From: a virus
DNA length: 64,000 nt
Virus record (IMG/VR): IMGVR_UViG_3300033150_001569
Span: 58,308 to 122,307 of that record
Strand: one strand, 5' to 3'
The translations under genes and the position numbers were made by a program. This document shows positions 30,101 to 38,943 of the stretch, in pieces. A model generated the notes under the pieces. That model searched no databases, had not been told where the DNA came from, and saw nothing but the letters and a program-made list of their open reading frames with translations. Numbering within the stretch: the first letter of the stretch is position 1; the number at the start of each line of letters is the position of its first letter.

Positions 30101-32119
30101 ATAGAAACAATAGATAATGAAATTTATGATATTAATTGGATTGAAACTGAAATAACTAATGTATTAGATGGAACTGAAACTTTTTATATTAATCTTTTTC
30201 AAGATGAAAAAATAACAGAATTAGAATCAATAAATCAAGAAAATTATTCAATATTATTTTCTGAATCAATTTTTAATGATATCGAAATTTTAGAACAAGA
30301 AAATTATTTATTTTCAATTAATATAGAATTATTAAATGATATTTTTGATTTATCACAAGAAACTATTTCTATTTTATTAAGTGATGAATCATTTATTCAA
30401 ATTGAAGGTATTAATCAAGAAAATTATTCCTTCATTTTGATAGAAAATTTAATATCTGATATTGAATCAATTGAAAATGAAAATATTTCTAATTCTTTAA
30501 TTGAAAATTACTTAGCAGAAATATATTCTTTAAATAGTGAAATTTATTCATATATTTTATCAGATGATTCATATCTTAGCATTGAAACATTAGAAACAGA
30601 AAATTATAATATAAACTGGAATGACATAGATATAACTGCTGTATATGATGGTCGAGAAGTAATATATATTCAGCTTTTTGCTGAAAGTAAATTTAGTGAT
30701 ATAAGTACAATTAATACTGAAGATATAATTATATCTGTTTTAGATTCCTTTGAAGATGAACGTGAAACATCACATACAGAAAATTATTTATTATCAATAT
30801 TAGATTTAGAATTATATGAATTAATAGAATCAATAAATCAAGAAAATTATTCAATATTATTTTCAGAATTAGTTTTAAATGAACTAGATATTATTAATAT
30901 TGATATTTTTAATTTAACTTATAATGAAACATATTTATCTGAATTAAATATAATTTCTCAAGATAATTTTTCTTATTCATATAGTGATGATTATTTAAGT
31001 GAAATTGAATCATTAATTTCAGATATATTTAATTTTATCTATGAAGATTCTGATTTAATTGAAATAGAAAGTTTAAAATTAGATGAATTTAATTTTACAT
31101 ATATTGATAATTCATTAAGTTTAATAGAAACAATAAATAATGAAATTTATGATATTAATTGGATTGAAACTGAAATAACTAATGTATTAGATGGAACTGA
31201 AACAATTATTTCTGATTTATTCCAAGAAACAAAATTTACTGAATTAGAATCATTAATACAAGAAAATTATTCAATATTATTTAATGATAATAATATAGAT
31301 AATTTTGAAAGTTTAATATCTGAAAATTATTCTATATTATTGAATGAAACAATTATAAATAATATTTATGATTTAAATAGTGATAATTTTTCATATTCTT
31401 ATTTAGATTCATTATTGACAAATATTTATGATTTAAATAGTGACAGTTTTTCCTATTCTTATTTAGATTCAGTTTTAAATGAAATAAATATTATTGAAGA
31501 AGAAAATTATAATATTAATTTTATTGAAACAAAAATAGAAGAAATATATCAAATTAATTCAGATTCATTTTCATATTCTTATTTAGATCAAGATTTATCT
31601 GATATTTATGATTTAAATATTGATACTTCATCATTATCATTTATTGATTCTAATATTGAAGAAGTTGAAACTTTAATTCAAGATAATTATAATATTTCAT
31701 CAATTATTGATAGTAATTTTTATGATATTATAGATACTTTAGATAATGAAAATTATAATATAAACTGGAATGATATTGATATAACAGCAGTTTATGATGG
31801 TAGAGAAAGTTTTTATATTCAATTATTTGCTGAAAGTAAATTTACAGATATTACTGATTTAAATAATGATAATATAAATTTATCAATAAATGAACAAAAA
31901 ATAGATAGTTTAAATACTATTAAACAAGAAAATTATAATATAAATAATATTACAATATCAGAATATGATTCATTATATTCTTTAAATACAGATACATCTA
32001 GTTTATCATTTTTAGATTATTATGATGATACTGAAACTCAACTTTTTGGAACATTATATTCAAATGATGCAACAAATGTATCAAATAGCTTATATTATTT
32101 ATCAGCAATTTCATCATAA
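27191..32119 (+). CDS. Baseplate wedge (P2 tail-I-like) protein with very long acidic repeat extension
   Basis: N-terminal Fn3-like module, LLDIDNCPEYILPYISQFLG..RRAEL..IYKTKGT (tail-I motif), then about 1000 aa of D/E/N/I/S/L repeats. Confidence 0.8.
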   Translation: MAKLKSLYSTEASVSIPGSAIYEYLVRNLTVEATVEGPQILISFTNPTISNFLKVHIVRKLRSYPLSPTDGVKVYEGTGNVFSDRNIVGGQCYYYTVFVELDDGSIYYDVNFSTGFAISFSTGNMPDYAYESTVRHYKISDSKTPSRILEEVQTDKGDYVNINEETDKHQLQRYFKTTKVEFDRIKSLIEYSPTLLDIDNCPEYILPYISQFLGVDFNADIPIEARRAELKNIIGIYKTKGTPDSITNQLQNISKLDVGIQEYYKNILKSNRRDRTSAKFGPEWSLAIGLEGDPSVNSLNFDENGLYDWRKYGLWFLIDEEETLTKAVIDKTNRIIDKYEPANAIHLLGAYTEIEEDFTILVEDMFDDQFEYGFKFDLYTLDNEIIHIESFVDEWFTDITFIEYLDVLYDYDKVLISNIIDKVSNVALIQSADMITDAGIGGSLGRKLSDSFTNYNENGKFKYTDYPEINEDLSALKVLGQGWYHDDYSYGPYIETYLFDILEENLEEIDTDNNEDINTSITISEDTNVEFQIESLDIENINIITESNYDEIFILDSENYLISSISDGKKLDADTIFNELIYNKENWLYSNNIEKLSNDILIKSTQWIIDSYIDQQYYSGIGEESFTDAIDSEENLTTVENIYLENYDISNIIDEILNDPVQEINNENILSSNFIESSLNAIETLEEELLESTDDSWFTELYFATTPEMEENLGIIPFDQVMPDESESINQEIYSNIINEELINEINILPEDETILYSYLDSDLNELDILNNENYNLLSIIDNSVNEEINTLDIDSYNINWVDVDVTTIYDGREKIYTELFYVEKFSDIIDLNFENYSFFINDNNIDNIEFLNSEIYSFIINELSVNEDIESLIQDNFSFTFLDQELTELDKIDSDNYNLTASDYADLLIESENLESYSNIISEELLSEIYEISDDTITLSLFDSYLTESEKLDTENLGITIQEEIIPYIIETIDNEIYDINWIETEITNVLDGTETFYINLFQDEKITELESINQENYSILFSESIFNDIEILEQENYLFSINIELLNDIFDLSQETISILLSDESFIQIEGINQENYSFILIENLISDIESIENENISNSLIENYLAEIYSLNSEIYSYILSDDSYLSIETLETENYNINWNDIDITAVYDGREVIYIQLFAESKFSDISTINTEDIIISVLDSFEDERETSHTENYLLSILDLELYELIESINQENYSILFSELVLNELDIINIDIFNLTYNETYLSELNIISQDNFSYSYSDDYLSEIESLISDIFNFIYEDSDLIEIESLKLDEFNFTYIDNSLSLIETINNEIYDINWIETEITNVLDGTETIISDLFQETKFTELESLIQENYSILFNDNNIDNFESLISENYSILLNETIINNIYDLNSDNFSYSYLDSLLTNIYDLNSDSFSYSYLDSVLNEINIIEEENYNINFIETKIEEIYQINSDSFSYSYLDQDLSDIYDLNIDTSSLSFIDSNIEEVETLIQDNYNISSIIDSNFYDIIDTLDNENYNINWNDIDITAVYDGRESFYIQLFAESKFTDITDLNNDNINLSINEQKIDSLNTIKQENYNINNITISEYDSLYSLNTDTSSLSFLDYYDDTETQLFGTLYSNDATNVSNSLYYLSAISS
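29050..32050 (+). repeat. Intragenic degenerate tandem repeat (about 20 aa unit, higher-order INW..DG.E blocks)
   Basis: Recurring IExLxxENYSxxxxD/E unit; five INW blocks near 29585, 30130, 30610, 31155 and 31760; about 80 nt near-identical at 30101-30180 and 31124-31203. Confidence 0.8.
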
Positions 32120-32220
32120 TATAAAATATTTTTTATTTATTTTTAAAAAGTTACTTTAAATTATCTATTCTAAAATAGATATTTTCACCAACAATTAGAT
32201 TATTAAAAAAGAGGTTTATT

Positions 32221-32319
32221 ATGACTGAATATTTTTCAAAAGATGAAGTTTATAAAAAAGTAGATGAGGAAGAAACTTTAGATAAAGTCATAATAGATGG
32301 AGAAGAACAAGAATCTTAA
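32221..32319 (+). CDS. 32-aa acidic peptide, not in ORF track
   Basis: MTEYFSKDEVYKKVDEEETLDKVIIDGEEQES* with a GAGG RBS. Confidence 0.5.
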   Translation: MTEYFSKDEVYKKVDEEETLDKVIIDGEEQES

Positions 32320-32348
32320 TAATAACAATAACTTAAAGGAGATTAAAA

Positions 32349-32927
32349 ATGAAAGAAAGGGTAAATCTTGAAAATTTAAGTATTAAATTAGAAGGTCAAT
32401 ATCAAGATGAAATTTATCAAAAAGAGGAAAATGGTAAAGAAGTATTAGTAACTACACAATCTGGAAAAATTGATTGTTTTCCTTTTTGGAAAAATAATCT
32501 TATTGTTGATGTAGTTAAAGCATTATTAGCAGGTCTTTTTGCTAATGAATCTAGTTTTACTGGTGGTATTTTATATCATGCTTTGGGTCGTGGAGATGTT
32601 TCATGGGATACTACTGTTCCTGATCCTGGTTCTAGTGATGTTGCTTTATATGATGAACATTTTAGAAAATCTCCTGATTCTATAAATTATCTTGATGGTA
32701 GTAATAATGTTGTTTCTTTTAGTCATAGTGTGTCAAAAATCGAAGTAACTACTACTTTTGATTATGGTGATAGTGGAGCAGATGGTAGTATTCGTGAACA
32801 AGGTCTTTTTGGTGGAGATGCTACTGGAAGTCTTGATTCTGGAATTATGATTAATGCTATCAGACATAAAGAAATTTATAAAGATAATACAATTAAAATC
32901 GTAAGACGTATTAGAATTCAATTTTAA
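32349..32927 (+). CDS. Tail-fibre attachment / collar-like protein
   Basis: NLIVD..LAGL..YHALGRG..LYDEHFRK..TTTFD..IREQGLFGG..K; precedes the fibre gene. Confidence 0.7.
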   Translation: MKERVNLENLSIKLEGQYQDEIYQKEENGKEVLVTTQSGKIDCFPFWKNNLIVDVVKALLAGLFANESSFTGGILYHALGRGDVSWDTTVPDPGSSDVALYDEHFRKSPDSINYLDGSNNVVSFSHSVSKIEVTTTFDYGDSGADGSIREQGLFGGDATGSLDSGIMINAIRHKEIYKDNTIKIVRRIRIQF

Positions 32928-32964
32928 ATTTGGATAATTTTTATCATCCATTGTGTCGTCCTAA

Positions 32965-33006
32965 AAAAGAGCTAAGATTTAAAATTAATTAAATCTTAGC
33001 TCTTTT
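32965..33006 (+). terminator. Rho-independent (possibly bidirectional) terminator
   Basis: AAAAGAGCTAAGATTTAA-aattaa-TTAAATCTTAGCTCTTTT, an 18-bp perfect stem. Confidence 0.8.
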
Positions 33007-33031
33007 AATAAAATATTTTTATAAATTTAAT

Positions 33032-33202
33032 TTGAAAAAAATAAAAAAGAAAAAGAAAAAACAAATACCTAAGCATAACGGACAAGATTCAGAATTATTT
33101 AAAGAATTAATTAAAGAAGTAAGAAAATACAAAAAAGGTCCAGAAATTATTACTGAAGTTTTAAGACTAATACAAATTAAAAAAGATAAGAAGAAAAAAT
33201 GA
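33032..33202 (+). CDS. Small Lys-rich protein (56 aa), not in ORF track
   Basis: Open frame from TTG 33032 ending in an ATGA overlap with the next gene; the RBS is weak. Confidence 0.4.
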   Translation: MKKIKKKKKKQIPKHNGQDSELFKELIKEVRKYKKGPEIITEVLRLIQIKKDKKKK

Positions 33203-33969
33203 TTGAACATGGAATTCAACAAGAGTTTAAACCTCTTTTAAATATATCTAATTCATTATTATCATTAATTCAAAATAATGGTACTAATCCTAAAATTAGA
33301 GTAAGAGCAATTCAATTATTCAGTAAAATTACAACTGATGACCATAAAAATTTTTGGTTAAATATAATTGATAGTTCTAATAATGAAAAGATTCAATTTC
33401 ATTCAGTTCAAGCACTTAAAAAAATAAAATCTATTACAAATAAAGATATAATTCCATTATTAAATAATTTTTCTTCTTTACCAATAAAAAAAGCTTTATT
33501 TCAAATTTTAATAAATATTTATAAATTAAATAATAAAGATGATTTTTTATTTAATTATTTTCGCAAAGAAATGTATGAAATTCCTAATGAAACTCCTGAA
33601 ATTATAGAATATAAATCAGAATTAATCAGAAGTTTTATTGAATTAAAAGATATCAAAGTTATAAATTGTCTTTTTGAATTAATGTCTAAAGATAATTATA
33701 AATTTTATAATTATCAAGTTAATGCTTTAAAAATTTTTGAAAATTTTATTCATCCTTATTCACTTCAAAAATTATGTGAAGTTTATCAAATTGCTAAAGA
33801 TGATAAATTGAGGGAACTAGTTTTAATATCTTTGAATAATATGTATGACAAAGTTTATGAGAGAAAAAAGAAATTTGAAGAAGAAATTATAAAAAGAAAA
33901 ACTTTAGAAAATGTAATTAAAAATCAAATGAAAAATAAACTTCCCTTTAATGATATAAAAAATAATTAA
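33199..33969 (+). CDS. HEAT-repeat protein
   Basis: NPKIRVRAIQLFSKI, NEKIQFHSVQALKKI, DDKLRELVLISLNNM. Confidence 0.7.
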   Translation: MIEHGIQQEFKPLLNISNSLLSLIQNNGTNPKIRVRAIQLFSKITTDDHKNFWLNIIDSSNNEKIQFHSVQALKKIKSITNKDIIPLLNNFSSLPIKKALFQILINIYKLNNKDDFLFNYFRKEMYEIPNETPEIIEYKSELIRSFIELKDIKVINCLFELMSKDNYKFYNYQVNALKIFENFIHPYSLQKLCEVYQIAKDDKLRELVLISLNNMYDKVYERKKKFEEEIIKRKTLENVIKNQMKNKLPFNDIKNN

Positions 33970-33993
33970 TAATATATTAATGAGGAGACAATA

Positions 33994-36900
33994 ATGGGCG
34001 CAAGCACAGCTAATATATCACGAAATATGTATAACGAGGCCGAAAGATACATAATGAATTTAGTACAGCAGGGCGTACCTTGGGTAGATGCAGATGATAA
34101 TAGTCAATCACAAGGTTTCGTTAATCAAATTCAAAGATTAATTCAAAATACTTTTGGAAATGGAGCACCAGAAGGTAATGATGGTTTTAAAATAGAAGGT
34201 GATGGATCTTCAAATGATTTTACTGTTAAAGGTGGTGATGGAACGAATGAAGGTAGTGGTAGATTCTGGTGTGGTGGATATCCTGCAATGCTTTTATCAG
34301 ATGTTGATTTTTTAGGTGCTATTGATTCACTTGCTGGAAAAGGTGCTGATGAAATTACACATGTTAGTACAGGATTAACAGAAACAGTTTTAACTGATAG
34401 TGCTGCTAATTTTACTTTAGATGCTGATGGTTCAACAAATGCTAATAATCTTGCTGGTAGAATTTTAGTTCCTGATATTTCTCAACCTGCAAAAACATAT
34501 ACTATTGTATCTAATACCAAAACTACTATTACTATTTCAGGAACTATGTTGACAGATGGTATTCAAGCAGGTTCTAATTATCAAATTAAAATGTCAACTC
34601 CTAGTGGTTCTGATAGAAGTGATTATGTTTTTTTAGATGTTTATTTAGATGAAATTGGTGCTGATGAAGATCCTAATTTATATCATACATTAGGAAGTAA
34701 TATCGAAGCTCAAGTAAGATTAAAACTTATTCAAAATATTATAGTTGATCAAGGTCAACTTGCTACTACTGATTTTAGAGGTAGTGGAACTGATTGGAAA
34801 GAAAATGGTGGTACTTGGGTAGATGCTGATGGACGTAGACATTATACTCAGTTATTAGCAGAAATAGAAAGATATAATGCTCAAGACGCTATTAATGCAG
34901 TTGATGTTGTTGATAAAGGAAATCGTGAATGGGGTCAAACAGGAGCAGGTGGAGGAACAGATTTTGTAGCTAAATATGTCAGTAATGATCAATATAGAAT
35001 TCTTAAAACAAAAGGTCGTTTAGTAAGATTAAATAATAAATATTATAGTCTTGCTGCTGATTTATATATTAATTTTGATAAATCTGTAGATACTACTTGG
35101 TATATTTGTTTTGATACAACTAAAGCAGAAGGTGCAGTTGATGCAACATATTTTACAGAAACAAGATTAGATCCAACTAGTCCTACGTTTCCTCAAAGTT
35201 TAGTTCCTCTTGGAAAATATATTGTTAGTGGAGGAAATGTTACTAGTTCTAATTTTACTGAAATTTCAACTAGAGAATCTAATATAATACTTGGTGATTT
35301 AATTCCTTCTTATAATAGCTCAACTCAATATAGAGTACAAAATACTGATGGAAAGAAAATAAGATTAAATAATAAATATTTTAAATTAACCAATGATTTA
35401 TTAGTTAATTTTGATGTCTCTAGTGATGGTACTTGGTATATTTGTATTGATACTAGAAAAACTGAAGGTGAAATGGATGCAACTTATTTTCTTGAAACTC
35501 AAACTTCTCCAACCAATGCTAATTTTAATCCTGAATTTGTAGTTATTGGTGAATATGTTGTAGCAACTGGAGCAGTAACACAAGCAAATTTTGTAGCATA
35601 TAGTGATAGAGAAATGCTTCCTAAATCTGGATTAAATGATCTTATTCCTAATTATAAAGATGCAACTTATTATACAGTACAATCAAGTAAAAATAAAAAA
35701 GTAAATATTAATAATAAATTCTTTTATCTTGCAAGTAACTTAGATGTTACTTTTGATACAAGTTCAGATGGACAATGGTATATTTATTTTGATTCTAGTC
35801 AAGCAGAAGGTGCTATTGGAAGTTCTCATTTTGTAGAAAGTCAAACTGTTCCTAATTCAAGTGGATTAAATCCTTATTGGTTTGTAATAGGTGAATATCA
35901 AGTAAGTGGTAGTACAGTTGTTGAAAGTTCTTTTAATGGATATTCATTAAGACAAATGATAAGTTGGGTTTATGGAATAAGTAATATCAAAAAAGCTTCT
36001 GAAACAAAAACTTCTGCTGGAACTTATTCATTATCTCATGGATTTAATGCTACTCCTGAAAATGTAACTTATAGATATTGGGATGATAGTGAAAATAAAT
36101 TTTATAATTATGCAAGAACAGATATTGAAAATTATTATAGTAATACAATAATTAATTACACAATTCCAGGAGATTTTACATTTGATAGTGGAGATTATTT
36201 TGAAGTTATTGCTGAATATTATCATTCTGAAGGAAGTGGTTTTGCAAGTCCAAAAATTTCTGATGAAACAGATTGGTATTCAAGTACTCCAGGAACAACT
36301 ATTAGTCATAGTTTAACTTTAAGACCTAAAGCAATCACTTTAGAATTTTATGATGTTTCTAATAATATTTACTGGTTAGAAGATGGTAAACAATTTGTAA
36401 ATAAATCAAGTGGAGGTATTGAAGCTACTCAAGTTACTTTTGATTGGACAGGTCTTTCTTCAATTGCAATATTAAGTGCTAATATGAAAATGAAAATTCA
36501 CTTTGATTTAAGTGAAGTTAGTGCTGGTGCTTTTGCTGCAAGTAAAACAGAAAGAGGAACAGTTAAAGTATTAGGTGATGCTAATACAGTTGAAAGTCCT
36601 GATTTAATTTTAGATTCAAGTGATGCAGCTACTTTTGCAACTCAAATAAATGCTTTAGCTGACAATAGTTTTGTTTATATAAAAGAAAGTATTACTTTAA
36701 CTGCATTACAATCTATTAGTAAAGAAGTAAGAATATTTGCTGCAAAGGGAGCTAAATTAATTTGTGCTACAAGTTTAACAACTTTATTAAAATTTACAGC
36801 AATGCCTTGGATTCAAAGACTTGAAATTGAAACACAAGAAGATATTACAAATGCAATTGAATTTGATGCTAATGGAATTGCTGATAGTTTAGAATTTTAT

Positions 36901-37053
36901 CAAAATGCAAGTGGAAAAACTTTAACTAACACTGTTAAAGTAAATACTGGATATAAAATAAATGTAAGAGGAATTGCAATTGCTGAAGCAGGAAGTATTA
37001 CTAATTTAGATGGTTCGGATGCTGATGGAAATTCTGTAATATTAATTAATTAA
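33994..37053 (+). CDS. Tail fibre protein with DUF6519-like N-terminus and three tandem ~110-aa domains
   Basis: ANISRNMYNEAERY..LVQQGVPWVDADDN; repeats D[FL].[AP].Y...[LI]NNK[YF]..L..DL...FD.S.D..WYI.[FI]D starting near 34960, 35295 and 35638. Confidence 0.8.
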   Translation: MGASTANISRNMYNEAERYIMNLVQQGVPWVDADDNSQSQGFVNQIQRLIQNTFGNGAPEGNDGFKIEGDGSSNDFTVKGGDGTNEGSGRFWCGGYPAMLLSDVDFLGAIDSLAGKGADEITHVSTGLTETVLTDSAANFTLDADGSTNANNLAGRILVPDISQPAKTYTIVSNTKTTITISGTMLTDGIQAGSNYQIKMSTPSGSDRSDYVFLDVYLDEIGADEDPNLYHTLGSNIEAQVRLKLIQNIIVDQGQLATTDFRGSGTDWKENGGTWVDADGRRHYTQLLAEIERYNAQDAINAVDVVDKGNREWGQTGAGGGTDFVAKYVSNDQYRILKTKGRLVRLNNKYYSLAADLYINFDKSVDTTWYICFDTTKAEGAVDATYFTETRLDPTSPTFPQSLVPLGKYIVSGGNVTSSNFTEISTRESNIILGDLIPSYNSSTQYRVQNTDGKKIRLNNKYFKLTNDLLVNFDVSSDGTWYICIDTRKTEGEMDATYFLETQTSPTNANFNPEFVVIGEYVVATGAVTQANFVAYSDREMLPKSGLNDLIPNYKDATYYTVQSSKNKKVNINNKFFYLASNLDVTFDTSSDGQWYIYFDSSQAEGAIGSSHFVESQTVPNSSGLNPYWFVIGEYQVSGSTVVESSFNGYSLRQMISWVYGISNIKKASETKTSAGTYSLSHGFNATPENVTYRYWDDSENKFYNYARTDIENYYSNTIINYTIPGDFTFDSGDYFEVIAEYYHSEGSGFASPKISDETDWYSSTPGTTISHSLTLRPKAITLEFYDVSNNIYWLEDGKQFVNKSSGGIEATQVTFDWTGLSSIAILSANMKMKIHFDLSEVSAGAFAASKTERGTVKVLGDANTVESPDLILDSSDAATFATQINALADNSFVYIKESITLTALQSISKEVRIFAAKGAKLICATSLTTLLKFTAMPWIQRLEIETQEDITNAIEFDANGIADSLEFYQNASGKTLTNTVKVNTGYKINVRGIAIAEAGSITNLDGSDADGNSVILIN

Positions 37054-37067
37054 TTCGGAGATATAAT

Positions 37068-37569
37068 ATGAAAACGTTAAAATGGTTAACATTAATAATA
37101 ATATTAATATCATTTGATATTTATGCTGTAAAACTTCCTGATATTAAAACTGAAAAATTAAATGGCGTAGAATTAGTACAAACAAACCAATATCTAACAG
37201 AAAATGATTTTCCAGATAGCGCTAATCATAATGGTAATCTTTTTGGATGGCGCGCAGGAACTAATGAAGGTGATAATTTTGTAACAGTTTATGGCGGACA
37301 AGATTTAACAGAGGAAGGAAGCACGTCATTAACTACTGGAACAGACCAGTTAGGAAATACAACTGCTCATGTTTTTGATGGGACTAATGATTGGTTAAGT
37401 AATTCAGGACACAACAGATTTAGAAGCTGTTTATAGTTATCCAAAAATCATACACTTAGAAAAGAAATCATTTGTAGATGTTAAAGCTTATATTGGTGTT
37501 ATTGGTGGTACAGTAACTTCTAGAGATTTACATGATGGATTTTTTATTGCTACAAAAATATCTGATTAA
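37068..37569 (+). pseudogene. Internally deleted / frameshifted paralog of the secreted LamG fibre gene
   Basis: Signal peptide plus the start of the LamG-like domain in frame 0 (stop 37436). The +1 frame from about 37400 reads DTTDLEAVYSYPKIIHLEKKSFVDVKAYIGVIGGTVTSRDLHDGFFIATKISD* (37569), a C1q-like C-terminus. Confidence 0.6.
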
Positions 37570-37581
37570 TTGGAGGATAGA

Positions 37582-38943
37582 ATGAAACAAATTATACAAT
37601 TATTTTTAATATTACTAATGATAGCAAATATAGTTAACGCAAGAGATGTAGTTAGATATAGTCAAGATGAAAATAGTAATTATATTATTAAAACAAAAGA
37701 ATCTGGTTCTCTTGTAGAACAAATTAAAATAGGTAATGGAAGTGTTAATATAAGTGGTGATTTAAATGTAACTGGAGATAGTAATTTAACAACATTAAGT
37801 GGGATAAAAATAATTAAATCAGATCAATACATAATCTCTTCTGACTTTTTTTTTGACAATAACTGGAATGGCAATGTGTTTTGTTGGAAAGCTACAGCTA
37901 ATGGACTAAAGCCAAGCGTCGGCAATATTAATTTGACACTAGTTGGAGATCCACTAACAAGTATAGTTGATCATTTGGGCAATAATGTAAATGCACGATT
38001 TAATGGATCAAGTTATTATTATACAGATGATAGTGTATTTAATTTTAATGGTAATTTTAGTGTTTTAGTAAGAGCTTATAGGGATGATTGGAGTAGTAAT
38101 TACGGAACTGGAGGCGAGATATTTGTGTCAAAATTTAGTAATTTAGCTGGCTCTAATTTTGATGGGTGGGCTATTGCCGGAAGAGACGGAGGTTCAACTA
38201 TTACTGATTTTTTAGCTCAAAATAATAATATACAAACCGAATATGATACGAAAGATTTTGATGGTAGAAAAACACTAATATTCACAAGAGATTCGTCTTA
38301 TTCAGCAATGATTAATGACGGAACGGTAAATGTATATAATAATAAATCTACCCCATTTTTAGATAATGGAAATTTTACGATAGGTGCAGTAGAGTCTTAT
38401 GGTCAGTTAAATTTTAACAACGGAGCGATATTTGAAGTTTGCGTACATAAGAACTATACCTGGACTCCAAACCAAGCAAGGTTATTAGATTGTCGTGGAA
38501 GTGGAGAATTTTGTACGCAGAATAGGGATGGTGAGGTTTATGTGAATGGTAAACAGCAAGTTAATATTTTAATAGAACCAGGAAATTTGACTGGCCAAAA
38601 TAATAATACATATAATACTTATTCCGGTTGGAAATTATATATTCCTGAAAATGGAGAATATAAAATTAGTGCCGAATATTCAATAATAATTGGAGATACT
38701 AGTGGAGATGGAACAACATATTTTACATTTAAGTTTGCAAAAAATGGAATTTCTATACCGGTAGCGAACCTTACAAATGGGTTTGTTGGAGTTACCGGAC
38801 ACGAGTATCGCCCTAGTGAAACATTGTTTTTTAAAGGATTTTTAAAGTTGAATGATTATTTTGAGCTGGGGGGGTATTTGAATGATTATCAAGACACATG
38901 TACTATCCGCAGTAGAGCAGGAATGCTTTTAGAAAAATATTAA
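37582..38943 (+). CDS. Signal-peptide-bearing fibre/adhesin: beta-shaft + LamG-like lectin + C1q/BclA-like tip
   Basis: MKQIIQLFLILLMIANIVNA|RD; GSVNISGDLNVTG; FNFNGNFSVLVRAY..IFVSK..NFTIGA..GAIFEV; LYIPENGEYKISA..LKLNDYFEL. ATG 37582 follows GGAGG; visibly higher GC. Confidence 0.7.
   Translation: MKQIIQLFLILLMIANIVNARDVVRYSQDENSNYIIKTKESGSLVEQIKIGNGSVNISGDLNVTGDSNLTTLSGIKIIKSDQYIISSDFFFDNNWNGNVFCWKATANGLKPSVGNINLTLVGDPLTSIVDHLGNNVNARFNGSSYYYTDDSVFNFNGNFSVLVRAYRDDWSSNYGTGGEIFVSKFSNLAGSNFDGWAIAGRDGGSTITDFLAQNNNIQTEYDTKDFDGRKTLIFTRDSSYSAMINDGTVNVYNNKSTPFLDNGNFTIGAVESYGQLNFNNGAIFEVCVHKNYTWTPNQARLLDCRGSGEFCTQNRDGEVYVNGKQQVNILIEPGNLTGQNNNTYNTYSGWKLYIPENGEYKISAEYSIIIGDTSGDGTTYFTFKFAKNGISIPVANLTNGFVGVTGHEYRPSETLFFKGFLKLNDYFELGGYLNDYQDTCTIRSRAGMLLEKY

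Noticed and set aside
29050-32050. CRISPR-like or non-coding repeat array
   Set aside because: The repeats are degenerate, in frame and inside one ORF; there is no constant repeat-spacer structure.
4358-37053. Chromosomal eCIS or tailocin rather than phage
   Set aside because: The linked SSB, UvsX-like recombinase, SbcCD, homing endonucleases and lysis genes, in a phage-like two-block strand layout, favour a phage, although head genes are outside the window.
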